Shown in pieces: positions 1 to 10,800 of a stretch of 64,000 nucleotides of DNA. Position 1 is the first letter of the stretch; the number at the start of each line of letters is the position of its first letter. Origin of the DNA: a bacterium (GTDB taxonomy: Bacteria > Hinthialibacterota > Hinthialibacteria > Hinthialibacterales > Hinthialibacteraceae); contig CAXXMV010000008.1 of assembly GCA_963662285.2 (NCBI GenBank), positions 1,024,001-1,088,000 of the forward strand, read 5' to 3'. The position numbers were made by a program, and so were the translations under genes. Under the pieces are notes generated by a model, which saw only the letters and a list, made by a program, of their open reading frames with translations, was not told the DNA's origin and did not search any database.

Positions 1-402
1 TTCCCATTTCTGAATCAATCCATTAATGAAATCGATCAGCATTGTAATTAAGATGCCGCTGCTTTGGCCTTGATACTGTGGGTCTACCGCCACTTCATAG
101 GAGCCTCCATATTGCTGAACAGCGGCAATCCATTTTGCTAAGCGCCTTGGAGGAGCATTAAGCCGGTATTTCTCTTCTAGATGAACAGTAACGCTAGCAA
201 ATTCTTCCCGAAGGGAGGCTGATAATAATTGTTCAAATTCAGGCGTATTCTGAAAGTCAATCTCTTCCTGGCCAGTGATCGAAGAGCCTGAATAATCTAT
301 GCTTCCACCCGGTACTCTAGGGAGTGTAGAGATGCACCCAACCAAAAGAATAGAGGATGATAATAGAAGAACCATCACAAATACCAACATAGTTCGCTTC
401 AT
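1..402 (-). CDS. Putative lipoprotein, partial (runs off the left edge)
   Basis: Not in the ORF track; translated by hand: MKRTMLVFVMVLLLSSSILLVGCISTLPRV...IQKWE, open to base 1. Lipobox LVGC; AAGGAG RBS upstream of the ATG at 402. Confidence 0.8.
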   Translation of the reverse strand, partial: MKRTMLVFVMVLLLSSSILLVGCISTLPRVPGGSIDYSGSSITGQEEIDFQNTPEFEQLLSASLREEFASVTVHLEEKYRLNAPPRRLAKWIAAVQQYGGSYEVAVDPQYQGQSSGILITMLIDFINGLIQKWE

Positions 403-797
403 TATTTTTACTCCTTTAGATATTTTTTAGAAAAATAAAACATTTCCCTCATAATGTCTAGTGCACCTGTAGATGTAATGTAATGATGCACTATAGGAAA
501 TGATTTTTCTCCCCTTGCGCTATTTGGGGTATCTATTTTTGGTATATTTCGTCTGTTTTTATATTATCATGTCATTTGGATATTGTTAATTAATTGCAAA
601 TATTCTAATAGACGCTTATGTAAAATTTTATTGCATATTAAAAGATATATTAAAATAAAGAAATTAAATAATTTTAGAAAAAATACATTTTAAATGGCAT
701 AATTTGATTTTATGAATTGTGTTTGACGAAGTAGATGGGTTATAATTGGAAACCTGAATTTTTTATCTAAATTTATCTAAATGACAGGAAAAGATAA

Positions 798-3110
798 ATG
801 TCCTCTCGTTATCATATCTCTCTATCCGTACTTCACTTTTTGATAATTTCTCTTTTTATAATCCCGTATTTATATGCTCAAGAAGTATCCGATCCAATAC
901 CCGATCAAGGGCCAGACTTGTATGACTTATTCATGATGGATGATACTCATGAAACAGAGAATATTGTTTCAACAAATATCAATCAAATGCACAATTTCGA
1001 TTCTTCCGGGGATGTTGATTGGATTCATTTCACCGTCTTAAACGCAACCGATGAATTGAAGATCACTGTCACCAATATAGGCGCCTTATGTGATCCTAGT
1101 ATGACATTCTATGAAAAAGCAGAAAATGAAGATGCTCCGGGACATCTGTTTGATATTCTTGATAATCCACGCAATAATGCTGGCGCTGGCGTTGGAAAAG
1201 AAGAGGTAATATTAAGTGCGCAAGTAAGTGGTTTGAATGATTATTATTTAAAGATAGAAAACGATGCTCCTTATGACAATGCCTTATTTGCAGATATGGT
1301 TTATAGTGTTGAAATCAAATCCAATTTAGCCGGTTCGGTACCGGCAATTTTGTTTCTTTCACCTGATCCACAAACTGTATATCCCGGTTCAACGCCTAAT
1401 GAAATATATTTTACAATTAAAAATATTGGAGAGATAAAGACTAGTATCGATACTCAAGCAACGCTTATTCCCATTTCTCCTATTGAAATCATTGATAACT
1501 CCAGCATTCAACAATTTGGTAACATAGAACCCTCTGCTACGGCCAATAATGAACAACCTTTCAAATTTATTATACCCGATAGCATGATCGGTGAAGAACA
1601 TCTTATATTCAAACTTATATTCAAATATAAGATTCAGATTTCCTATACGAGTATTGGATTAAAATTTGGTCATAACGAAGTGAATATATCCATGCCGATT
1701 GGTGAAGCGCCGGAACCATCTCCTACCAATACGCCAAGCAATACTCCGACTAATACGCCGATTCCGACCAATACGCCAAGCAATACTCCGACTAACACGC
1801 CGATTCCGACCAATACGCCAAGCAATACTCCAACTAACACGCCGATTCCTACCAATACGCCAAGCAATACTCCGACTAACACTCCGATTCCGACCAATAC
1901 GCCAAGCAATACTCCGACTAATACGCCGATTCCGACCAATACGCCAAGCAATACTCCGACTAACACGCCGATTCCGACCAATACGCCAAGCAATACTCCG
2001 ACTAACACGCCGATTCCGACCAATACGCCAAGCAATACTCCGACTAACACGCCGATTCCGACCAATACGCCAAGCAATACTCCAACTAATACGCCGATTC
2101 CGACCAATACGCCAAGCAATACACCGACTAACACGCCGATTCCGACCAATACGCCAAGCAATACTCCGACTAATACGCCGATTCCGACCAATACGCCAAG
2201 CAATACTCCAACTAACACGCCAACGCCGGATATTTCATTTAATGTGGATATTCAATCGACAGCAGTTGATATTGCACTACTTGATCAACCTCTACCTTTA
2301 TCTGCCGATATAGTAAACCGTGGTGATTCCCCGATTAGCGGCAACGTAAAGGTCTTTATAGATGATTTCTTGTTTTTCCAATTCAACGCGTTTGATTCAT
2401 TGGCGCCTAGTGAATCCCTAACATTCACAACGGAAGCAGCTTATTTTCATATTCCCAAAAATATCTCCGTGAAATGGCTTTGTGAAGTAATAGATTCTGG
2501 CGTCACTTATCCATATGAGAGAAATTTGTTTTTTAATGTTATATCTCTTCCAGAAAAAAAACCTGATTACATTTTTGAATTTAGGCCTTCAGCCAATCCA
2601 AATTCATTTACAGATGGTTGGGTAGAAATTCCAGGAGGTTTTGATAATGAAGATCCAGGAGATATTCTATCCGAAGAATTTAATGCAAACTTATTCACCG
2701 ATTCTCAAGATAATCAAGGGTTGAAATTTAATGTTGAAAACGGTCAGGTAAGTCTGATTGTTGATATGAATCCTGTTGATACTAATGGAAAGCCTGTATT
2801 GATTCGAGCTTCTATACGTTCGGATGGAGACGGTGCGCAGATTGCTCTTGGCTCTTTGACCGGTGATCTTTTACATCACACTTATAATGGTTCTCTTGCA
2901 ACAATCATTGTTGCTACATCGACTGATTATCAAGAAATAGCCAAACAAGTTATTATGCTTTACCAACCTGATGAGAGAAATTTAATTACGCCAGTTTTTC
3001 AAGTTTCATCAAATAAAATGGAACCAACTAATGTTTTTTTGGATCGTATAGAGATATACATCCTAGATGATCAAACAAAAGTAACGGGTTCGTTATTTGA
3101 AAGTGGATAA
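798..3110 (+). CDS. Secreted modular protein: PPC-like beta-sandwich N-terminus, Ig-like domain, long Pro/Thr/Asn repeat, Ig-like domain, unnamed C-terminal GW-x-x-IPGGF domain
   Basis: Signal peptide; [14 protein letters not shown] motif; 12 x [14 protein letters not shown]; C-terminal domain shared with four other proteins in the window; paralog of 5852..7774. Confidence 0.85.
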   Translation: MSSRYHISLSVLHFLIISLFIIPYLYAQEVSDPIPDQGPDLYDLFMMDDTHETENIVSTNINQMHNFDSSGDVDWIHFTVLNATDELKITVTNIGALCDPSMTFYEKAENEDAPGHLFDILDNPRNNAGAGVGKEEVILSAQVSGLNDYYLKIENDAPYDNALFADMVYSVEIKSNLAGSVPAILFLSPDPQTVYPGSTPNEIYFTIKNIGEIKTSIDTQATLIPISPIEIIDNSSIQQFGNIEPSATANNEQPFKFIIPDSMIGEEHLIFKLIFKYKIQISYTSIGLKFGHNEVNISMPIGEAPEPSPTNTPSNTPTNTPIPTNTPSNTPTNTPIPTNTPSNTPTNTPIPTNTPSNTPTNTPIPTNTPSNTPTNTPIPTNTPSNTPTNTPIPTNTPSNTPTNTPIPTNTPSNTPTNTPIPTNTPSNTPTNTPIPTNTPSNTPTNTPIPTNTPSNTPTNTPIPTNTPSNTPTNTPTPDISFNVDIQSTAVDIALLDQPLPLSADIVNRGDSPISGNVKVFIDDFLFFQFNAFDSLAPSESLTFTTEAAYFHIPKNISVKWLCEVIDSGVTYPYERNLFFNVISLPEKKPDYIFEFRPSANPNSFTDGWVEIPGGFDNEDPGDILSEEFNANLFTDSQDNQGLKFNVENGQVSLIVDMNPVDTNGKPVLIRASIRSDGDGAQIALGSLTGDLLHHTYNGSLATIIVATSTDYQEIAKQVIMLYQPDERNLITPVFQVSSNKMEPTNVFLDRIEIYILDDQTKVTGSLFESG
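1722..2225 (+). repeat. Coding tandem repeat, 42 bp x 12 ([14 protein letters not shown])
   Basis: Unit CCGACCAATACGCCAAGCAATACTCCGACTAAYACGCCGATT repeated head to tail with almost only synonymous changes. Confidence 0.95.
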
Positions 3111-3177
3111 AAAATAAGACATATCTTTTTGGCCTTATTTTTAAATTTTAGACTTATTAAAATCATAGGAGGAAGTT

Positions 3178-4449
3178 ATGAGTATTAGCAAGTTGGGTAT
3201 TTTGAGTATTGCTTTGTTATTACTGTTTTCGCCGAATGTAATGGCTCAGCAGGTTTCAGATCCATTTCAAGAAAGCATAAACACCGTCTTTCTTGATTCC
3301 TTAAGCGGTTATAGCCCTCTCGGATTGCACTCCGCACGCACTTTGGGCATGGGTGGAGCAGGAATCGGTATAGCCGATGATGCTTCGGCGCTTCGTTATA
3401 ATCCATCTGGTCTTGGAAATATAGATCGCTGGCAGATTTTTGGATCGGGTTGGTATGATACTAGCCGGGGTTTCCAAAAAGATACTCGTCATAACGAATG
3501 GGATGATTTTGGATTTTCACAGGGAGGGGTTGTCGCTCCCATTACTGAAGGTTTGACAGCTGCTTTTCTCTATCAAGTTATGCAGTTTTATGAAGCGCAA
3601 TACCGGGGCGTAGACCGTTGGGGCGACTATCGTTTGGATTTAGATCAGGAAGGTCAACTCAATTCATATAATATAGGTTTGGGATGGCGAATGATGGATG
3701 ATATTAATATCGGTCTATCTCTCTCATACCTTAATGGAAACCGCGATCAATCTCTATACTCTGAAGGATGGGCTTTGCTGAATCAACCTGGCGAATTCAA
3801 TCTTCAGGGACAAGTAGATCGGGATATTGAAGGATTCGGATTAACCATGGGCGCCCAGTTCTTCCCTGGTCCTGAGAATCTTATTTCCGCCGGCGTCACG
3901 CTTATATCATTCTTTGATGTGGAAGAAGAGTCAAACTTCCACAATGCATTTTATAATCCAGGCAATATTGCTGAAAATAGTTATAAAAGTACAACAGATG
4001 TCGATATTCCTTTCACGCTAGGCGGCGGTGTTGCCTGGCGCCCCTACGAGAATGAAGAAGGCTATCGCCCGTTGACTCTTGGTCTTGATGTCATTTATTC
4101 TCTTTGGGATTCCGGGGATTATCCGGACGATATTCTGGTAATCTTTGGCGACACGAAATACGATTATAGCCTGGATGTCATGATTGGAGGCGAGTATCAG
4201 TATTTCATCACTGATTCAATCAGCCTCACTCCAAGAATTGGCTATAAGTTTGAAAAACTGCCTAATGAACTCGAAACAGGTGAAACCCTATATTGGCATA
4301 ATGTGACGGGTGGTTTAGGCGTTGTTTTCGGCGTAAATCTTCAGTTCGACGTTGCTTACCAACGCGGGTGGTTGTATATCCAGGATAAACGATTCAATGA
4401 AGAACTCGAACGTGATCGGCTTGTTTTCAGCATGACCTATGCCTTTTAA
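3178..4449 (+). CDS. Outer-membrane beta-barrel, FadL/OmpP1/PorV-like family
   Basis: Signal peptide; SARTLGMGGAGIGIADDASALRYNPSGL matches the N-terminal motif of this superfamily; amphipathic strands; terminal Phe (MTYAF); GGAGG RBS. Confidence 0.8.
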   Translation: MSISKLGILSIALLLLFSPNVMAQQVSDPFQESINTVFLDSLSGYSPLGLHSARTLGMGGAGIGIADDASALRYNPSGLGNIDRWQIFGSGWYDTSRGFQKDTRHNEWDDFGFSQGGVVAPITEGLTAAFLYQVMQFYEAQYRGVDRWGDYRLDLDQEGQLNSYNIGLGWRMMDDINIGLSLSYLNGNRDQSLYSEGWALLNQPGEFNLQGQVDRDIEGFGLTMGAQFFPGPENLISAGVTLISFFDVEEESNFHNAFYNPGNIAENSYKSTTDVDIPFTLGGGVAWRPYENEEGYRPLTLGLDVIYSLWDSGDYPDDILVIFGDTKYDYSLDVMIGGEYQYFITDSISLTPRIGYKFEKLPNELETGETLYWHNVTGGLGVVFGVNLQFDVAYQRGWLYIQDKRFNEELERDRLVFSMTYAF

Positions 4450-4522
4450 ATATTATCATTATATTATTTTTACGATATAATGATAAAATAGGAAAAACAA
4501 TTCTAGTTACACGAGGGATATC

Positions 4523-5155
4523 ATGAAATATTTTGCAAAACTATCCGTTTTTTTATTGATCGTATTTACGGTCAGTTGCGTCAGTCTCACATTGAATATC
4601 TATTTCCCCGCTACAGAGATTAAAGAAGCTGCGGAAGAGATTGAGCAGCGGATTCGAACAGGACAGGGAGCAGAAGGGCTTGATAGCACCAGCTTCGGAA
4701 CAGATATTGCCCCACATAAGTTTTATGTGAGCATCTCGTTTGATGGACGTGAGGCGTATGCTGCTGAAAAGTTGAATATTGATATAAAAACTCCTTTGAT
4801 TCTCAAGATTGTTAAATCAAGAACAGACCGTTATAAAAAAGATATTGCCCCTCTTATGGATAATGGCGTCTTGGGAGAAGGCGCCACGGGTTTCCTGGCT
4901 GTCCGTGACAATAAAGGTCTCGATCTCAAAGCATCAGTAGCCCTGAAAAAAATAATTGATGCAGAAAATAAAGATCGAAAAAGTTTGTATGAAGAAATTC
5001 TTCGTGCAAATAAACTTGAAGTGTCAAAAGAGAATATGGAGAAAGTCCAACAACTTTTTTTCGAAGCAATTCAAAAAAAATTGAAGGTTGGTCAGTATTA
5101 TGAAGTGATTAAGGGGAAAAAGTCTACTTGGATTCAGAAGCAGAAGAAAAAATAA
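4523..5155 (+). CDS. YdbL/DUF1318-family lipoprotein with a YnbE-like N-terminus
   Basis: Lipobox VSC followed by LTLNIYFPATEIKEAAEEI; DUF1318-like core GVLGEGATGFL...IDAENKDRKSLYEEI. Confidence 0.7.
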   Translation: MKYFAKLSVFLLIVFTVSCVSLTLNIYFPATEIKEAAEEIEQRIRTGQGAEGLDSTSFGTDIAPHKFYVSISFDGREAYAAEKLNIDIKTPLILKIVKSRTDRYKKDIAPLMDNGVLGEGATGFLAVRDNKGLDLKASVALKKIIDAENKDRKSLYEEILRANKLEVSKENMEKVQQLFFEAIQKKLKVGQYYEVIKGKKSTWIQKQKKK

Positions 5156-5183
5156 TTCCCCAAGTTCCATATTTACTTAAAAT

Positions 5184-5228
5184 AAAAACGTCTCTCATGA
5201 AATTTTGAGAGACGTTTTTTTCTTTTTT
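5184..5228. terminator. Bidirectional intrinsic terminator
   Basis: AAAAACGTCTCTCA-tgaaattt-TGAGAGACGTTTTT followed by a T run, between convergent genes. Confidence 0.85.
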
Positions 5229-5394
5229 AATCGATTCTGTGATTCAAATAAACAACAATCTGTTTAACCTTGTTGTAACTAACGCGCTATTACAAAACAA
5301 GAAGAGATATTCTTCTTATAGTAGAACTACCCAAAATGAGTTAGTTGGCCAATTTGCCAATACAGGGCACACCAGAGACATAGTATATGGAAAT

Positions 5395-5787
5395 TTAACG
5401 CGACTGGTTTAGAAATTTACGTCTTTCTTCCCTCTCGCGGAGTTTATCTTTTTGAATTTTGTGGTAGGTGAATGTACCATAAATACCACTCAAAAAACAA
5501 TATGTAAAAATCACAATCCATAACAAACCTCGAGCTTCTCTACTTTCCAATAACGGTAATAAATTGATAAAAAGAAAATATGAAAACAACAGCAGAGAAC
5601 ATATCCGGCTTTTAAGAGCCAGTCCAATAAGAAAGATTATCAATATGACCAAATCAATCATTATATATATATTCAAGGTACCTGATATCAGGTGATATAT
5701 AATCCCTAAAAATATATATAAAATTCCTCCAACAACACCCAGGTTAATTTTCTTTTCTGCAAATTGTAGGTTCATACATGTCTCCAT
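5395..5787 (-). CDS. Small integral membrane protein (about 4 TM helices), function unknown
   Basis: 130 aa with four hydrophobic segments and a basic C-terminal tail. Confidence 0.65.
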   Translation of the reverse strand: METCMNLQFAEKKINLGVVGGILYIFLGIIYHLISGTLNIYIMIDLVILIIFLIGLALKSRICSLLLFSYFLFINLLPLLESREARGLLWIVIFTYCFLSGIYGTFTYHKIQKDKLREREERRKFLNQSR

Positions 5788-5851
5788 TAATATTAGTCAA
5801 TATTATTTGCATAGAGGCGTTCTAACTGAGCAGTTAACTTGTTCAATTCCA

Positions 5852-7774
5852 TTATTCCTGTTTTATTTCATGATCAAAGAATAATCCTTCCAGGTTTTGT
5901 TGAGGAGAAAGAAGATAGACTTCAATTCGATCCAGATTCACCTCCACAGGATATTCCGTATAAGAAGCAACTTGAAAAACAGGCGTGATGATAGAAGCCT
6001 GATCGGGATCATAAGCAACGACCATTATATTATCTTGTTCGATAAATCTCTTTGCGGAAGATGGTATAAGAGTAGCGATTGATCTATCGCTAGATTCACC
6101 GCTAAGCAAATTTCCCTTATAGGCGCCCAAAGCAATCTCGGCTTGATATCCTTTAGCTCGCAGATACGCTTTTAATAAAACAGGATACCCATATGTCTGG
6201 ATTGGTTTAATGGCATAGATGAAATGGACTTGATTGTTTTGGACGTTTATTTTAATTCCTTTTTGATCAAGTGAATTGGAAAATAAATCTACCGGAAAAT
6301 TCGTTATAACAGCGGCGCCTCCCGGTGAATTGACAAAACCTCCGGGAATATCGCCCCAGCCATTCAGTAATAATTCATCTTCATCGAAGTCGTAAACAAC
6401 ATCAGGCGCCGGGTAGGAGTGTTGAGGAATCATCCCGTTGAACGTCTCATCTTGCACCTGAATGACTTTACTATCTTCAATGAATTCACTTCCGTCCGAA
6501 TAAGTGATTTTCCATTTAATTTGATGCGATCCAGCGATATAGAGTCTTATGGGTTCTGTGCGAATTTGTTGGGGATCCGTCGTATCTTTTAGATTGAGGC
6601 TTCCAGGAGATTGAAATAACAAAGACTCGTCAACATATACTTCATACTCAACAGGCATTGTTTTCAAACTTTGGTTGATGACCAATGCTGTAAAGCGTAT
6701 CGGTTCACCTCGTTTAGGTTCGTTGCTGCGCACATCATCTTCTAGAATCCCACCACCATCATCTGTTACGACATAAATTTCTTCGATTTTGGGATCTGAT
6801 ATGGGTACCGGAGTCGGTTCGACGCTAGCTCCTGTGACTGGTAAAGATACCTGTACAATTGATACTCCGCGTAAATCATCATTATCTTCTTCGTTCAGAA
6901 TGAACGATACTTTCATAAGCATTTGAATAAATGTTCCGGCTGGAAAATCTGGAGGAACTTTCAACCTGAATGATTCATGGTTAGTTTGAATCGCATCTGA
7001 CTCGATATTACCGTATTCCCGACTTTGAGTTGATTCTTCAAGAGTAATTCCGGGAGTGTAAATGAATAAATCTCCTTTAGTATGATATCCAGTGATAGGG
7101 CCGATATTTTTTATACCGATTGTAATGTCTGAAGTAGATCCAGTTTCTATAAGATTTGGTTCAATAGAAGAAAATACCATCAGAGGTAAATTAAGTCCTG
7201 ACGCTTCGGACCATTCGATTTTTAATTCATATGCCATTCTAGAAGGGATGATTTCAACATTGGCAGGATCATAATCTGCAGGCTTATAGTTTTCTATTTT
7301 CAAATAATAGGTTCCTATATGGTCTGGATAAAATTCTATATATTCTTTTCGATCTATTCCTTTTCCAGCATTATCTCTAGGATTGTTCAAAATATCAACT
7401 TTTTCACCTAACTCACCATTTTTTGATGTAAAAAGCGTTAAAACAGTATCGCAATCTTCACCCAAATTAGTTACCGTAATCGCAATTACTCTCGTGGCTT
7501 GAATGATGGCAATTTTACACCAATCAACATCGAGCGGAGAATGAAAATTATGATATTGAATCACCCCTGCTGAAATTGTGTTGCGCGTGGCAGAGGTATC
7601 GTCCATATATATAGAATTGAAAAAATCATATTCATCCGGCCCGTTGGGATCAATATCCACACCCAAAAGAGTATTTCCATTTTCGGATGATTGAGAATAT
7701 GCGTTATTTCCCGCTGTTGGAACGGAAAAAGCGAGTATTAATAATAAGAAGATAATGCTACTTTGAATTTTCAT
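5852..7774 (-). CDS. Secreted modular protein, paralog of 798..3110 without the long repeat
   Basis: HNFHSPLDVDWCKI and DILNNPRDNAGKG align with the 770-aa protein; C-terminal GWGDIPGGF domain. Start moved to the ATG at 7774 (MKIQ), which has GGAG upstream; the ORF track gives 7789. Confidence 0.85.
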   Translation of the reverse strand: MKIQSSIIFLLLILAFSVPTAGNNAYSQSSENGNTLLGVDIDPNGPDEYDFFNSIYMDDTSATRNTISAGVIQYHNFHSPLDVDWCKIAIIQATRVIAITVTNLGEDCDTVLTLFTSKNGELGEKVDILNNPRDNAGKGIDRKEYIEFYPDHIGTYYLKIENYKPADYDPANVEIIPSRMAYELKIEWSEASGLNLPLMVFSSIEPNLIETGSTSDITIGIKNIGPITGYHTKGDLFIYTPGITLEESTQSREYGNIESDAIQTNHESFRLKVPPDFPAGTFIQMLMKVSFILNEEDNDDLRGVSIVQVSLPVTGASVEPTPVPISDPKIEEIYVVTDDGGGILEDDVRSNEPKRGEPIRFTALVINQSLKTMPVEYEVYVDESLLFQSPGSLNLKDTTDPQQIRTEPIRLYIAGSHQIKWKITYSDGSEFIEDSKVIQVQDETFNGMIPQHSYPAPDVVYDFDEDELLLNGWGDIPGGFVNSPGGAAVITNFPVDLFSNSLDQKGIKINVQNNQVHFIYAIKPIQTYGYPVLLKAYLRAKGYQAEIALGAYKGNLLSGESSDRSIATLIPSSAKRFIEQDNIMVVAYDPDQASIITPVFQVASYTEYPVEVNLDRIEVYLLSPQQNLEGLFFDHEIKQE

Positions 7775-7873
7775 CGAATAATTCTCCAATCAATTTTTTG
7801 AGTTTCTATCAAATTACCAATATTTATAATATATATAAAATTAAATACTTATTGATAAGACATTAGTGTATTG

Positions 7874-10800
7874 TTATTCGTATTGATTCCAATTTTCAAC
7901 TACTGTATTTTCACTGCCTTGATATGACAATATCGCTGCTTCGGGTTTTGCATGTTGTCCCTTATAATATTCTGCTTGATATAACAGTAAGTAGTCGCCA
8001 TTTTTATGTAAAGCGTCTTTACCAATTTCACTTGACCAAATCCAACTATCATTTTCGCGGAATAATTCAATTTCTAATTTTTGAACAGAAGAAATTTTTT
8101 CAGATAAATAAGGTATAATAGTAATCCATACTTTTTGAGGCGCTATCGATTGAACCAATTTTACCTGGACTCTAAATGTTGGAGACGTCACAGGTTCAGG
8201 AAAGTCCGATACAGATATTATTGCAGGAAGAGCTTCATCATCTTCTCCTGCAAAGACGCCTTTCTTACCGAAATACCAAGTCCTCGATTTATTATCATCT
8301 TTATCATATTTCCCATCTCCATTTTCATCTAATATGGGTACAGTTGATTTGTATGTGTCTGTATATTTTGCTTTACAATAATCATAACTATTATATAAAT
8401 TATCCCCTTGTCTTGCTATGTGAAATAAATTCCAACTAAACAAATGATAGAGTTCTCGATAATTCATGAAGCATTCCTTTGAGGGCTCGGTGCTAGAAAT
8501 TACAATTCGACGATCTGATGAATCCAGACGATTAGCATATGCAAACAGACCTGAATAATCAGATTCTACTACCAGCAAGACTTCAAGATTTGAATTATTT
8601 GATTGAATATCATTGAGTTTTAAAATAACATTTGTAGCCGACAGTATATTCCCCGGTGAAAGTTCGAGCGTTCCATCTTGTTCGCCTTTACCAATAAGGT
8701 ATAAAAAAAGTCTCATTGGATTAGATGTATCTTCAACTTGAACAATATCATCCAATCTCTTGTAGAATTCATCCGTGGTTATTGAAAAGTCACGGCCAAT
8801 AATATTAATATTATTATCGAGAAAACCTCGATCTACGCAGGTTTCTTCAATATTAGTTATTACTTCTGAAACAAAATTGCTGTATTCCGGCCATCCTCCA
8901 CCAACCAGTAATGCCCGGTTGATGCGCTTATCATCTTCCGATATTTCACTTCCAATTTGAATTGTAGTCGTACGTGGACGGGAACGCCATCCGTGATCTA
9001 AATGTGCGGTAAAACTGACAGAATAAATTCCTTTTTCTTTTAATTCTCCTGATGGAGCTGACCATAATCTAGTATTATCGTCGTCTTGTTTTAGTGAAAT
9101 TATACTAATCTCGGGGTTTTCTGTCTCATTAACTGTGGCCGCAGAAGGAGGACGTATAATTGCTTGAACTTCTTTTGGTTTTATCCCCGGGATCATAGTT
9201 GCAATTAATTCTACTTTATTATTATCCGGATCAGTAACAGGAGGTAGAACGCTCTCTATCGCAATAAGATTGCCTTGAGAGTGTCCGGCATATATCCAAC
9301 TACGACCGAAGAAATTTCTCCCCATATTATTTCCATCAACACCCATAGTCATGATGCCATCAGAATTATCGTCAATTTGCGGTTCCTGCATTACATCTTT
9401 ATTTAATATTAACGAACTTGTTAAATATGAACTAGCAATATTGAACGATTCCTTTATGCTGGCGCCCATATATGCTGCATCCCAAAATAGTGAACTAAAC
9501 GAAGTGAGTGAAGGAGGGCCAAGTATTATAGATGGTTGTACTGCCGAACTACTGGCAATCACCATACGCTTTGATTGATTTTGAGGCGTACATTTCTGAA
9601 CGAATCCTCCAGAATAACAAGTCTCTACGATCAAGGTGACATCATTATCAACCGTTGATGCATCCAGCCATGAATCAAGTTCTGTTGCAGACAACCTTTC
9701 TTCATCAATCAGAAAAAAATATTCTATTACATTCTTTTCATCACTGGTATCCTGTTCTGAGCCATGATCGATCAGATATATCAGAAAACGCCGTCCTGGA
9801 GAGATTAAGTCTTTATCTCCCCAATTAATGGCATTTTTAATTGTATCTTCACTCGCAATATCAGATACATCAGATTTTCCATCGCTGTCTGCATCTTGAT
9901 TAAAATATTCATGTTTAAAATCACTATATTCAATTACTGGAGGAATTGCAGATAACCATTGAACATCCTCTTTTTGATATCCGCGTTTCATACACATCCA
10001 ATATAAAGTTTTTGCGAGAGCATGTGTTTGAGGAATTATACTATCTTTTAGATCATGTTTTCTTCCAGAAACAATCAGTACTCTTGGTTCATCGATTTCC
10101 CATAGCCAGATTGTTCCATTATGGCTGCCTATAATATTTCGATAATCATTGGAGAATGTTACATTTATACTGCCTTCCGCCTTTGTCCCGAAAGTCCGCA
10201 GTACAGTTTGTGTTTCTATATCCCAAATGCGGGCTATTCCATCTTCACAACCAGTCAAAACTCTCTTGCCGTCTAATGAGATAGAGGATGATGTAACAAA
10301 ATCCGGATGTTCGAAAGTTACAACCGTTTCTGTTTTGACTTTGTTATTTTCTAAATCCCATAATTTTGTAGTTGCATCCCAACTTCCCGACAGAATCCGG
10401 TTCATCTCCCGGTTCATGGATAATGATTTAACAAAAAACGAGTGACCGTTCCAAGAGTCTATATATTCACCAGTTTCGACATCCCATAATGTGATATCGC
10501 CCCATTCCGTTCCTGTTAAAAGCATCTTGTTATCTGGAGAGAACGCTACTGCGGTGACTGCAGAATCATGCACTACATTGAATTTCTCTGATTGATTCGT
10601 CAAATCCCATAACCGTGCAGTCATGTCATAACCACCGGTAATAAGACGAGTCCCATCTGTATTTATCGCAAAAGATTCAGCGTTATGACCGGTGTTGGCG
10701 CTCCATTGGAAAGTGAAAATTTCTTCAAAAGTAATCTCTTCTTCATTTGTTTGCAGTTTCCATTTAGTTAATTCTTCGCTGGTTCCTGCGAGTAAGTGAT

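Noticed and set aside
1670-2313. ORFs 1670..2218 (-) and 1699..2313 (+), and the 42-bp array as a possible CRISPR
   Set aside because: They are alternative-frame shadows of the in-frame coding repeat. The units are contiguous with no unique spacers, and there are no cas genes.
5230-5851. The small membrane gene as an integron cassette
   Set aside because: GTTA/TAAC words flank it, but I could not build a convincing attC with paired R and L boxes, and there is no integrase.
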